Below are positions 23,415-30,990 of a stretch of DNA of 64,000 nt, piece by piece. Below the pieces are notes generated by a model, which saw only the letters and a list, made by a program, of their open reading frames with translations, was not told where the DNA came from and did not search any database. The stretch comes from Smithellaceae bacterium (GTDB taxonomy: Bacteria; Desulfobacterota; Syntrophia; Syntrophales; Smithellaceae). Made by a program: the position numbers and the translations under genes. Every line of letters starts with the position of its first letter. Position 1 is the first letter of the stretch. The DNA lies in the NCBI GenBank assembly GCA_035416785.1, contig DAOLNX010000001.1, forward strand, positions 9,790-73,789. Direction: 5' to 3'.

Positions 23415-23536
23415 AATTGAATTTTGGAGAATGGGTCGGCAAACGAGCGAGAGTTGCATCGGAAAACCGTTTCTGACGGAAGGGCACAAGCAGGATAACA
23501 ATCTACGAAATAAAACCAGAATCAAATAGGGGAATC

Positions 23537-24766
23537 ATGAAATTTTTATTAATTTACCCAAAGTGGGAAAAACTGGACCGCCAGACGCGCTTTACACTGC
23601 CGCCGCATGGACCGGTGGTGATGGCTGCCGCGCTGCCCGCTGACGTGGAAGTGACGTTTGTTGACGAAAATGTCGAACCGGTCGACTTGAATGCAACTGC
23701 CGATCTGGTGGGGATTTCCATGATGTTGACTGCGCAGGTCCGGCGGGGTTGGGAAATTGCCGACGCCTTCCGTGTCAGGGGCATTAAGGTGATTTGCGGG
23801 GGGATTGCCACCATGCTGCATGCCGAGGAATCTGGTCGACATGCGGATTCCGTATTTTTAGGGGAAGCGGAAGGCCGCATGGAACAGGTTTTTGATGACG
23901 TTAAATTCAACCGCCTGCAACCCGTCTATGACTATATGCAGAAATTTCCGCCCATTGAAAGTGTCGGAACGGCAAGACGGAGCATTTTAAACCGTGCCAT
24001 GTACAATTACCGGGGTGTGCAGATGGTGGATTTGGTGCACGCGTCACGGGGTTGCCGGTTCAACTGTTATCCGTGCGCCGTGAGATTTTTAGGCGGCCGG
24101 AGCTTTCGTCCCCGACCCTTTGAACGGGTTGTTGAAGAACTGGCGTCGATTGACAATAACCGCTTGTTTATCGTGGATAATTCGCTGGCCCAGGATAAAG
24201 ATTGGGAAATGGGATTGTTCAAGGAAATGATTCCGCTGAAAAAGAAATGGTGCAGCCATCCGATTGAAGATGACGATCAGGTGCTGGATTTGGCAGCGCA
24301 GGCCGGCGCCTGGTTTGTCTATCAGGCGATTTTTGATTCTTCCGATTTTATTCGCGACCGCGTCAAGCGCTACCACGACCATGGCATTGCGGTGGAAGGC
24401 AGCATTTTGTTGGGGCTGGATTATCATACGGAGGATTATATCAAGCGCTGGATGGATTTTCTCCTGGAAATTGAACTGGATATGGCGGAATTTACCATTC
24501 TTACACCTTTCCCGCACACACGCACCTTTGATGATTTGCACGGTGCGGGGCGCATTTTTTCCTATGATTGGAATAACTACACATGCGGCAGCGTGGTATT
24601 TCGGCCGAAAATGATGACGCCTGAAAAACTGCAGGAAATGTATTACTACTGTTGGGATCGGTTTTATGAAGAAGAACCGCAAAACTACAAAATGTTTAAA
24701 ATGCTGAAAAATGTGATGGAAAAGGAAAAACGAGACGGAACCTATAAGCCACGAGTGCGTTCGTAG
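23537..24766 (+). CDS. B12-binding-domain radical SAM protein
   Basis: N-terminal B12-type region (PPHGPVVMAAALP...VGISMM) and radical SAM motif SRGCRFNCYPC. 409 aa. Confidence 0.85.
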   Translation: MKFLLIYPKWEKLDRQTRFTLPPHGPVVMAAALPADVEVTFVDENVEPVDLNATADLVGISMMLTAQVRRGWEIADAFRVRGIKVICGGIATMLHAEESGRHADSVFLGEAEGRMEQVFDDVKFNRLQPVYDYMQKFPPIESVGTARRSILNRAMYNYRGVQMVDLVHASRGCRFNCYPCAVRFLGGRSFRPRPFERVVEELASIDNNRLFIVDNSLAQDKDWEMGLFKEMIPLKKKWCSHPIEDDDQVLDLAAQAGAWFVYQAIFDSSDFIRDRVKRYHDHGIAVEGSILLGLDYHTEDYIKRWMDFLLEIELDMAEFTILTPFPHTRTFDDLHGAGRIFSYDWNNYTCGSVVFRPKMMTPEKLQEMYYYCWDRFYEEEPQNYKMFKMLKNVMEKEKRDGTYKPRVRS

Positions 24767-24895
24767 GTGGATAGGGGAAGGGGCTCTGAGTGTGGATAGA
24801 GTGGATGGTGAATGGTGGATAGTGGATAGGGGAGAGAGGCAATGGGCAAGAGGCGATGGACGATAGGAGGGATGGAACTCGTAGCCTTATAGTGC
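24767..24895. repeat. Degenerate heptamer tandem array R1 (units like GGTGGAT / AGGCGAT / GGGCAAT)
   Basis: It starts directly after the TAG stop at 24764-24766. About 15 units of 7 nt are visible by eye. The 3' part is homologous to R2. Confidence 0.6.
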
Positions 24896-25142
24896 GCAAA
24901 CAAAAATGCCGATTGCATCCCCCATGCTTTCCGGGCTGGTTCAATATTGTCAATTGAATCGAAATATTTCTGATCCATCAACATTATTGATCTTGCAGAA
25001 GGCTTGGTTAAAAAGTCACCAAGGTCATAATGTCCTTGAGAGGGATTCATTGATTAAGATTCTAAAATAATTAATTATTCTGTGAAAAAGCAAAAAAGCC
25101 GCTTGCACACCCTACCGACTGGACACAAAGGGAGAGGTAAAA

Positions 25143-25634
25143 ATGAAAGTCGAGTTCTTGAAGGAAAATATCGAATTGATAGAGAAATTGAAGAATGTCT
25201 CGGTGATGCAGTGTTTTGGTAAAAAAGATATTGGTAAGATTTTCAACTCCAGTAATGTAAAAAAATACGCCGAGGGGGAAATCATCATCGAGGAAGGAAG
25301 TTATGATAACTGGATATATTTTTTGATCAGCGGCGGTGTCCGTATTATTAAAAATGGGGCGGAAATTGACACCCTGACGCGAACAGGAGATATCTTCGGA
25401 GAAATGTGTGTGATCGACGGCTGTCCCCGTTCGGCTTCGGTTAAGGCCATTGACAATGTTATCTGTCTGGCAACAGATGTATCCTTTATGGATAGACTTT
25501 ACAATGAGGACAAGGTGGCATTTTGTGCTATATTTTATCAAATGATTGCTGAAGTTTTGGCTTGCCGGCTGCGGGAAACCAGTAGTGAGCTTGCCAAAAA
25601 CAAGGAAGAACTTTATCGGCTGAAAAGCCCCTAG
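25143..25634 (+). CDS. Stand-alone cyclic-nucleotide-binding domain protein
   Basis: 163 aa. cNMP-binding beta-barrel signature GDIFGEMCVIDGCPRSASVKA. GGAGAGG ribosome-binding site upstream. Confidence 0.8.
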   Translation: MKVEFLKENIELIEKLKNVSVMQCFGKKDIGKIFNSSNVKKYAEGEIIIEEGSYDNWIYFLISGGVRIIKNGAEIDTLTRTGDIFGEMCVIDGCPRSASVKAIDNVICLATDVSFMDRLYNEDKVAFCAIFYQMIAEVLACRLRETSSELAKNKEELYRLKSP

Positions 25635-25640
25635 CCGGTA

Positions 25641-25669
25641 GCGTGCACATGGTTTTATCATGTGCACGC
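25641..25669 (+). terminator. Hairpin downstream of the cNMP-binding gene
   Basis: Perfect 11-bp stem GCGTGCACATG / CATGTGCACGC with a 7-nt loop. No clear T-run follows. Confidence 0.4.
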
Positions 25670-25812
25670 GGAATAAATTGATTTCATTGACAATGTAGTG
25701 CGGATTTTTAAATTCATAGCTGGGATGAAATGATTTGGCGCGCAAACGAAAAAACCGTTTGCCCACCCTACAGTAGCACAATAAAAAGGAGTTCATAAAA
25801 ATGCAGTAGAGA

Positions 25813-26001
25813 ATGATTTCTTCAGTGAAGGGCATGGCCTGTACCATCATAGAGAATTTACCAGAGCAGGCAACGATGGATGACATCATGCATGCCCTGT
25901 ATATGCGGGCTAAATTTGAACATGGTGAGCGTGAAATCAGCGATGGTCATGGCATTGCACATGATGAGGCAAAGCAAAAGTTGCGGAAATGGGTAAAGTG
26001 A
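25813..26001 (+). CDS. Antitoxin of a ParE/RelE-type TA pair (probably N-terminally damaged)
   Basis: IIENLPEQATMDDIMHALYMRAKFEHGEREISDGHGIAHDEAKQKLRKWVK resembles the small antitoxins found upstream of ParE. An SD-preceded ATG at 25801 is in frame, but codon 3 is TAG. Confidence 0.6.
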   Translation: MISSVKGMACTIIENLPEQATMDDIMHALYMRAKFEHGEREISDGHGIAHDEAKQKLRKWVK

Positions 26002-26210
26002 TTTAGTCGCCATCTGCTTTGGAGGATGTTGATGCAAATGCAGAATATATTGCGCGTGATTCGGTTGACCATGCTGCTTATTTTGTCTTGAGGTTATTGG
26101 AAGCAACGGATCGTTTGCATTTGTTTCCCAAATCCGGTCGGATAGTTTCTGAAATAGGCAATGCATCCTGCCGTGAAATTATTTGCGGAGATTATAGGGT
26201 AAGTGGATAG
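25998..26210 (+). pseudogene. ParE/RelE-family toxin remnant
   Basis: GTG-ATT-TAG-TCG... reads VI*SPSALEDVDANAEYIARDS...REIICGDYR. TAG sits where family members have Trp (TGG). The C-terminal ~25 aa are replaced by heptamer array R2. Confidence 0.7.
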
Positions 26211-26258
26211 GGGCAAGAGGCGATGGGTGATAGGAGGGATGGAGTGCGAGGCTTTAGA
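26203..26258. repeat. Heptamer array R2 (homologous to the 3' part of R1)
   Basis: GTGGATAGGGGCAAGAGGCGATGGGTGATAGGAGGGATGGAGTGCGAGGC aligns with 24820-24893 apart from one 14-nt indel and a few substitutions. Confidence 0.6.
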
Positions 26259-26364
26259 CCCGCTGTTCCCCTGGTTTGACGGGATAAGTCGATTTAAGTT
26301 TTTCCTTGTCCCTAATTCCTAATCCTTTGCTCCTAGTTTCTCGCAAGGAAAGGAGAATTTTTAA

Positions 26365-27912
26365 ATGAAAAAAATGGGCAAAAAGAACGCTCTGGTGATT
26401 GATGGAGGTCATGTCAGTTTTGCGGAAATGATTGCCGTGGCCAAAGATGGATTGCCGGTGGCCATCAGTGCATCACCCGCTTTTCTGAAACGGATGGCCA
26501 AAACGGAAAAAGCCCTGCAAGATGCGTTGCAAAAGGGGGTTGCCGTTTATGGCGTGAATACGGGTTATGGAAAATCCTGCGGGAACCGGATTGATTTGAA
26601 AACGGCTGAAAAAAACGGTGTCAATATTTTCCGTTTTCATGGGTGCGGCACAGGAGATCCAATTGGCATTGAGGAAACCCGGGCAGCGATGCTGACGCGC
26701 ATTATTTGTCTGGCCAGAGGGTATTCCGGCGTATCGGTTGCTCTGCTCAGGCAGATGGCGGATTTCTTAAACGTTGGTATCACTCCGGTTGTGCCTTGCG
26801 AAGGTTCTGTTGGCGCGTCCGGCGATCTGACACCGATGGCTTACATTGGGGGAGTGCTCAAGGGCGATGGCGATGTCTTTTATGATGACGATGTGATGCC
26901 TGCGGCCAGGGCGATAAAAAAGGCGGGATTGAAACCCTATACATACCGGCCCAAAGAACCGCTTTCCATGGTGAACGGCACCACTGTTATGACGGGAATT
27001 GCAGCGCTGGTTGTGGAGCGCGCGGAAAGGATTCTGGACGCGGCCATTTATGCAACGGCGCTCAGTGTTCACGCCATGAAAGGAAACGCCCATCACTATC
27101 ATCCGGTCATTTCGGAGGCCAAGCCTTTTCCCGGGCAAGCCCATGTCTCCAAAAAGATTGCCCATCTTTTACTTTCGCGCGTCAGCGTCCGCCAATTGGA
27201 AGATGACGCGCTGGAAACGCTGCAGGATCCTTATTCACTGCGTTGCGCGCCGCAGGCGCTGGGGGTCTTGCATGACGCATTGATCTGGATTAAAAAATGG
27301 GTGGAAATGGAAGCCAATTCATCCAACGACAATCCGATCTTTGACCCCGCCACGGGGGAAGTACTCATGGGCGGCAATTTTTACGGTGGCCATATTGCTT
27401 TTGCCATGGACGGACTGAAAGCGGCAGTGGCTTCGGCGGCGGATTTGTGCGATCGCCAGGTGATGCTTTTGGTGAATCCCAATTTAAATCGAGGGCTTCC
27501 GGGAGATTTGGTTTTTCAAAACAACGAGCAGGACGAACTTCATCATGGTTTTAAAGCCATGTCCATTGCGGCTTCGGCCCTGACTGCAGAAGCTTTGAAA
27601 GCGACTATGCCTGCCGCGTCTTTTTCGCGTTCTACAGAATCCCATAACCAGGATAAAGTCAGTATGGGCACCATCGCGGCACGCGATGCGGAGCGGGTCT
27701 GCACGCTTGCGGAACGGGTGGCGGCCATCCATTTGCTGGCGGCGGCGCAGGCCTGCGACCTTCGGAAAAATATCTCGGCGCGGCCGCTGCTGGCGAAAGC
27801 GCTGGGCAATATCCGGCAAGTCAGTGATTCCGTAACCAAAGATCGGCCGCTGGATGAGGACATTGAAAGAATGTGTGTTGTCATTCGCTACACGGATTTT
27901 TTTCGAGGATAA
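26365..27912 (+). CDS. MIO-dependent aromatic amino acid/histidine ammonia-lyase (HAL/TAL/PAL family)
   Basis: MIO-forming GSVGASGDLTPMAY and YGVNTGYG. 515 aa with an AAGGAGA ribosome-binding site. Substrate specificity cannot be assigned from the sequence alone. Confidence 0.9.
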   Translation: MKKMGKKNALVIDGGHVSFAEMIAVAKDGLPVAISASPAFLKRMAKTEKALQDALQKGVAVYGVNTGYGKSCGNRIDLKTAEKNGVNIFRFHGCGTGDPIGIEETRAAMLTRIICLARGYSGVSVALLRQMADFLNVGITPVVPCEGSVGASGDLTPMAYIGGVLKGDGDVFYDDDVMPAARAIKKAGLKPYTYRPKEPLSMVNGTTVMTGIAALVVERAERILDAAIYATALSVHAMKGNAHHYHPVISEAKPFPGQAHVSKKIAHLLLSRVSVRQLEDDALETLQDPYSLRCAPQALGVLHDALIWIKKWVEMEANSSNDNPIFDPATGEVLMGGNFYGGHIAFAMDGLKAAVASAADLCDRQVMLLVNPNLNRGLPGDLVFQNNEQDELHHGFKAMSIAASALTAEALKATMPAASFSRSTESHNQDKVSMGTIAARDAERVCTLAERVAAIHLLAAAQACDLRKNISARPLLAKALGNIRQVSDSVTKDRPLDEDIERMCVVIRYTDFFRG

Positions 27913-27914
27913 TC

Positions 27915-28337
27915 ATGAAGGATGAAAAGAAGAGTTTCGAAGTGAAAATCAGCGTGCCTTTTTTTGATCTGGACCCGATGCAGATTGTCTGGCACGGTAA
28001 TTACCTCAACTACTTTGAGCTGGCGCGGGCGGCTCTTTTTGATCACTATGGCGTTGATCTCTACGCTTACTATGAACGGGAAAAAATCATTTTTCCCATC
28101 ATCCGTACCTCCACCAAGCATATTTTTCCGTTGAGACATCGCGATGAGATTATCTGCAAAGCCGTTTTGGCCGATGCTAACATCAAATTGGTAGTGGATT
28201 TTGAAATCCGTAAGGTGGCCGACAATAGTGTTTGCGCGCGCGGACGTACGGAGCAGGTGGCAGTCAAAACTCCGGAGATGGAAACCCTGTTCAGTCTTCC
28301 TCAGGATATTCGCAATCTCTTGGGGAATGGGGAATAG
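27915..28337 (+). CDS. 4HBT/YbgC-type hotdog thioesterase
   Basis: VPFFDLDPMQIVWHGNYLNYFELAR is typical of acyl-CoA/ACP thioesterases. The ORF is open from 27873, and ATG 27915 follows the lyase stop. Confidence 0.8.
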   Translation: MKDEKKSFEVKISVPFFDLDPMQIVWHGNYLNYFELARAALFDHYGVDLYAYYEREKIIFPIIRTSTKHIFPLRHRDEIICKAVLADANIKLVVDFEIRKVADNSVCARGRTEQVAVKTPEMETLFSLPQDIRNLLGNGE

Positions 28338-28370
28338 GCGATAGGCGATAGGCAATGGGCGATGGGTTAC
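28322..28370. repeat. Heptamer array R3
   Basis: GGGGAAT GGGGAAT AGGCGAT AGGCGAT AGGCAAT GGGCGAT GGGTTAC. It overlaps the last codons and the TAG stop of the thioesterase gene. Confidence 0.65.
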
Positions 28371-28401
28371 AAGCTAAACGTCTTATTATATTTCGTAATT
28401 T

Positions 28402-30108
28402 ATGGATGAACCATTAAGAAAATCGTTTGTGGCCGGTGTGGAGCGTGTGTCTGCCTGGGCGGATTTGCTCGACGCCATTAATGTTTATCCCATTGCGGAT
28501 GGCGATACGGGAAGAAACCTTTCCATCAGTCTTTCTCCTCTCCGGTTTGCCGGAAAGAACAGGAATCAGCTTGTTCGTCAACTTCTTATGGCGGCCCGGG
28601 GGAACTCCGGAAATATTGCAACGCAGTTTTTTGCAGTGCTTTGCGGCCTGGATTCTCTGCATTCCCTAAAAGGCGCCGTTCAGGAAGGAAACATCCGTGC
28701 CTGGAAAGCGGTCAACGAGCCACGTCGGGGAACCATGCTTTCCGTTTTTGATGCGCTTGAGCATAGTTTAGCCAGGTACGAGTTTTTTCCTGATAGCAAA
28801 AGCGCGGCCCGAATCCTTCATTTTCTTGAAGAGGCGGTGCGCCAAACCCAAAATGAGTTGCCGAAATTAAAGCAAGCCGGTGTGGTAGACGCCGGCGCCC
28901 TGGGCATGTACATTTTTTTTGAGGCGTTTTTATATACACTGGCAGGGTGTGGCCATTCCTGTCGGCCGGTGACGGAGGTCTTCAAGAACAGTCTATCCAT
29001 TGTCTCCTCTTTTCAGGAAACGGCAGAAACAGGCTATTGTATTGATTTTGTTATCAAAACGGCTGCAGTGCCGGAAGAACTGGCCGAAATTGCCGGAAGG
29101 CGGGACAGCGCCGTGATGATTCACGAGGGTGACCTGTATAAAATTCATGTGCATACCGACAATAAAGAGGAGATGAAGGCGCAAATCAGCAAGTTGGGTG
29201 ATGTGTTGCGCTGGGAGGACGATGATCTTTCTAAACAAGTCCGGGATTTCCAGGTTGCCCTCCCGAAATCCCCTCTGCATATTATGACGGATGCCGCCGG
29301 GTCTCTAACACGTGATGACGCCAAGAGATACGGATTCACTCTTTTGAACAGTTACCTGAATGTCGGGGAAAAATCTTTGCCGGAAACCTGCTTCCACCCT
29401 GATGAATTATACATCGCCATGCGCAACGGTGTAAAGGTTTCCACGTCCCAGGTGTCCGTTTATGAAAGGCATCAGTCTTATGCAGGCGCTCTGGCTCAGT
29501 TTGAAAATGTTTTGTATTTATGCGTAGGGTCCGTCTATACGGGGAATTATCAGGCGGCGACAGACTGGAAGAAAGAACATGATGCTCAAAATCATTTCAA
29601 GATCATCGATACGGGAGCGGCTTCCGGCCGACTGGGCACCATTGTTTTGTCCACTGTCCAATACCTTGCCAGGACCGGGGATATGGACAAAACCATCGCT
29701 TTTGCGAAAAGCGCATCAGCCAGATGCGAAGAGTATTTGTTTTTAGAAAAACTGGAATATCTCGCCGCAAGTGGACGACTGTCCAAACCCAATGCTTTTT
29801 TCGGCGATTTGTTGAAGATGAAACCCGTGATTTCGCCACGGCCGGAGGGGGCGAAAAAAGTGGGCATGACGCGCAATCCAAGCGAACAAATCGACATGGC
29901 ACTGGAAAAACTATCGGCTTCGCTTGCTCGGGAGTCTGAAGCCATTATTATGCTGGAATATTCCGACAACCTTGGCCAGATCAAGACCGTGCAGGAAATC
30001 CTGAAGGAACGCTATCCGTTAGCGGACATCATTCTGCAGCCTTTGTCATTAACATCGGGCGCGCATATGGGACCGGGGACGTGGGGAGTGGCGTTTATGA
30101 AAATGTAG
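28402..30108 (+). CDS. Dak2(DhaL)-domain / DegV-domain fusion protein (fatty-acid-kinase-like)
   Basis: The N-terminal half has DGDTGRN and ARGNSGN (DhaL/Dak2 nucleotide-binding motifs). The C-terminal half has DegV motifs (TSQVS, TGNYQAA, IIDTGAASGRLG, LEYLAASGRLSKPNAFFGDLLKMKPV). Confidence 0.8.
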   Translation: MDEPLRKSFVAGVERVSAWADLLDAINVYPIADGDTGRNLSISLSPLRFAGKNRNQLVRQLLMAARGNSGNIATQFFAVLCGLDSLHSLKGAVQEGNIRAWKAVNEPRRGTMLSVFDALEHSLARYEFFPDSKSAARILHFLEEAVRQTQNELPKLKQAGVVDAGALGMYIFFEAFLYTLAGCGHSCRPVTEVFKNSLSIVSSFQETAETGYCIDFVIKTAAVPEELAEIAGRRDSAVMIHEGDLYKIHVHTDNKEEMKAQISKLGDVLRWEDDDLSKQVRDFQVALPKSPLHIMTDAAGSLTRDDAKRYGFTLLNSYLNVGEKSLPETCFHPDELYIAMRNGVKVSTSQVSVYERHQSYAGALAQFENVLYLCVGSVYTGNYQAATDWKKEHDAQNHFKIIDTGAASGRLGTIVLSTVQYLARTGDMDKTIAFAKSASARCEEYLFLEKLEYLAASGRLSKPNAFFGDLLKMKPVISPRPEGAKKVGMTRNPSEQIDMALEKLSASLARESEAIIMLEYSDNLGQIKTVQEILKERYPLADIILQPLSLTSGAHMGPGTWGVAFMKM

Positions 30109-30175
30109 ATGGGCAATGGGCAATAGGTGGTATCGAACGCCTCAACATCCGGAGCCATAGGCGATCATTGGAGGA
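30109..30175. repeat. Heptamer array R4 (short, degenerate)
   Basis: GGGCAAT GGGCAAT AGGTGGT lies immediately after the TAG stop at 30106-30108. A further CATAGGCGATCATTGGAGG lies at 30165-30175. Confidence 0.4.
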
Positions 30176-30178
30176 CGC

Positions 30179-30895
30179 ATGGAAAACTCTCAAAACCGTT
30201 TTGCCTTTGTCATTCCGGTTTATAATCATGGCGGGACGGTTTCGATGGTTGTGCGGCAAGCGCAAGCTTTGGGTTATCCCGTTTTTGTGGTGGATGACGG
30301 TTCCACCGACGAAACCCCCTTGCGGTTGGCGGAAATTCAGGGAATTCATCTTTTGAGGCATGCTCAAAACACAGGCAAGGGTGCGGCAATTCTGACCGGT
30401 TTTGCCGCTGTATCTCATGTTGCTGATTTTGCGATTACGATTGATGCCGATGGTCAACATTATCCGGAAGATGCGTTGAAGCTGATTGCCGCCATTCCGG
30501 AAAACAAACGTCCTTTGATTGTTGGAGCGCGGCAGGGGATGGATGCGGTTTCGGGCGCTCATATTCCGTGGACCAGCCGATTCGGAAGGAAGTTTTCCAA
30601 TTTCTGGGTCCGGATGTCGGGCGGGCCGATTCTCTCCGATTCTCAAAGCGGCATGAGAATTTATCCTTTGCCGGAATCTCTGAATCTTGATGTTCAAGCA
30701 CGGCGTTTCCAGTTTGAGGTGGAGGTTCTGGTAAAAGCGAAAAGAAGAGGAATCTCTGTGGTTGAGGTGCCCGTTCGAGTCGTTTATCAAGTTGGCGCAG
30801 CCAGAATTTCCCATTTTCATCCGTTTGTGGATTTTTGGAGAAACGCTAAAACATTTACCCGCCTGATTTTGACCCGGTCGGTTTTACATGATTGA
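30179..30895 (+). CDS. Family 2 glycosyltransferase
   Basis: FVIPVYNHGGTV...VFVVDDGSTDET and the DADGQH motif. Confidence 0.85.
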   Translation: MENSQNRFAFVIPVYNHGGTVSMVVRQAQALGYPVFVVDDGSTDETPLRLAEIQGIHLLRHAQNTGKGAAILTGFAAVSHVADFAITIDADGQHYPEDALKLIAAIPENKRPLIVGARQGMDAVSGAHIPWTSRFGRKFSNFWVRMSGGPILSDSQSGMRIYPLPESLNLDVQARRFQFEVEVLVKAKRRGISVVEVPVRVVYQVGAARISHFHPFVDFWRNAKTFTRLILTRSVLHD

Positions 30896-30990
30896 ACATC
30901 TTGAAATTACAGCTTGAATTTATTCGGGAAAATATGGTAGGCATTTCACCATGTTTTTTTATGCCATGAAAAAGGAAGGAAAATAAAAAA

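Noticed and set aside
24742-25050. 102-aa minus-strand ORF beginning MNPSQGHYDLGDFLTK
   Set aside because: Its C-terminal half is just the translated heptamer array R1 (PLPYPLSTIHHPLYP...). It has no ribosome-binding site. The N-terminal ~45 aa might be a gene fragment, but I cannot support that.
25071-25889. 272-aa minus-strand ORF
   Set aside because: It is antisense to the cNMP-binding gene, which has a clear domain signature and ribosome-binding site. The minus-strand translation has low complexity, shows no motifs, and spans intergenic hairpins.
24767-26330. Integron gene cassette / attC interpretation of the repeat-flanked insert
   Set aside because: The array ends show no RYYYAAC...GTTRRRY core sites and the window has no integrase. 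The flanks are heptamer tandem arrays rather than attC-like imperfect palindromes.
24764-30110. Idea that the clustered TAG stops and TAG-containing repeats indicate UAG recoding (pyrrolysine)
   Set aside because: TAG is used as an ordinary stop by many well-conserved genes in the window (for example at 7740, 15466, 18670, 23414 and 25634), and each protein ends at its expected C-terminus. No pyl genes were seen.
24767-30175. CRISPR array
   Set aside because: The repeat units are only 7 nt, directly tandem with no spacers, and no cas genes are present.
30095-30820. 241-aa minus-strand ORF
   Set aside because: It is the antisense shadow of the GT2 glycosyltransferase gene. It is Arg/Asn-rich with no motifs.
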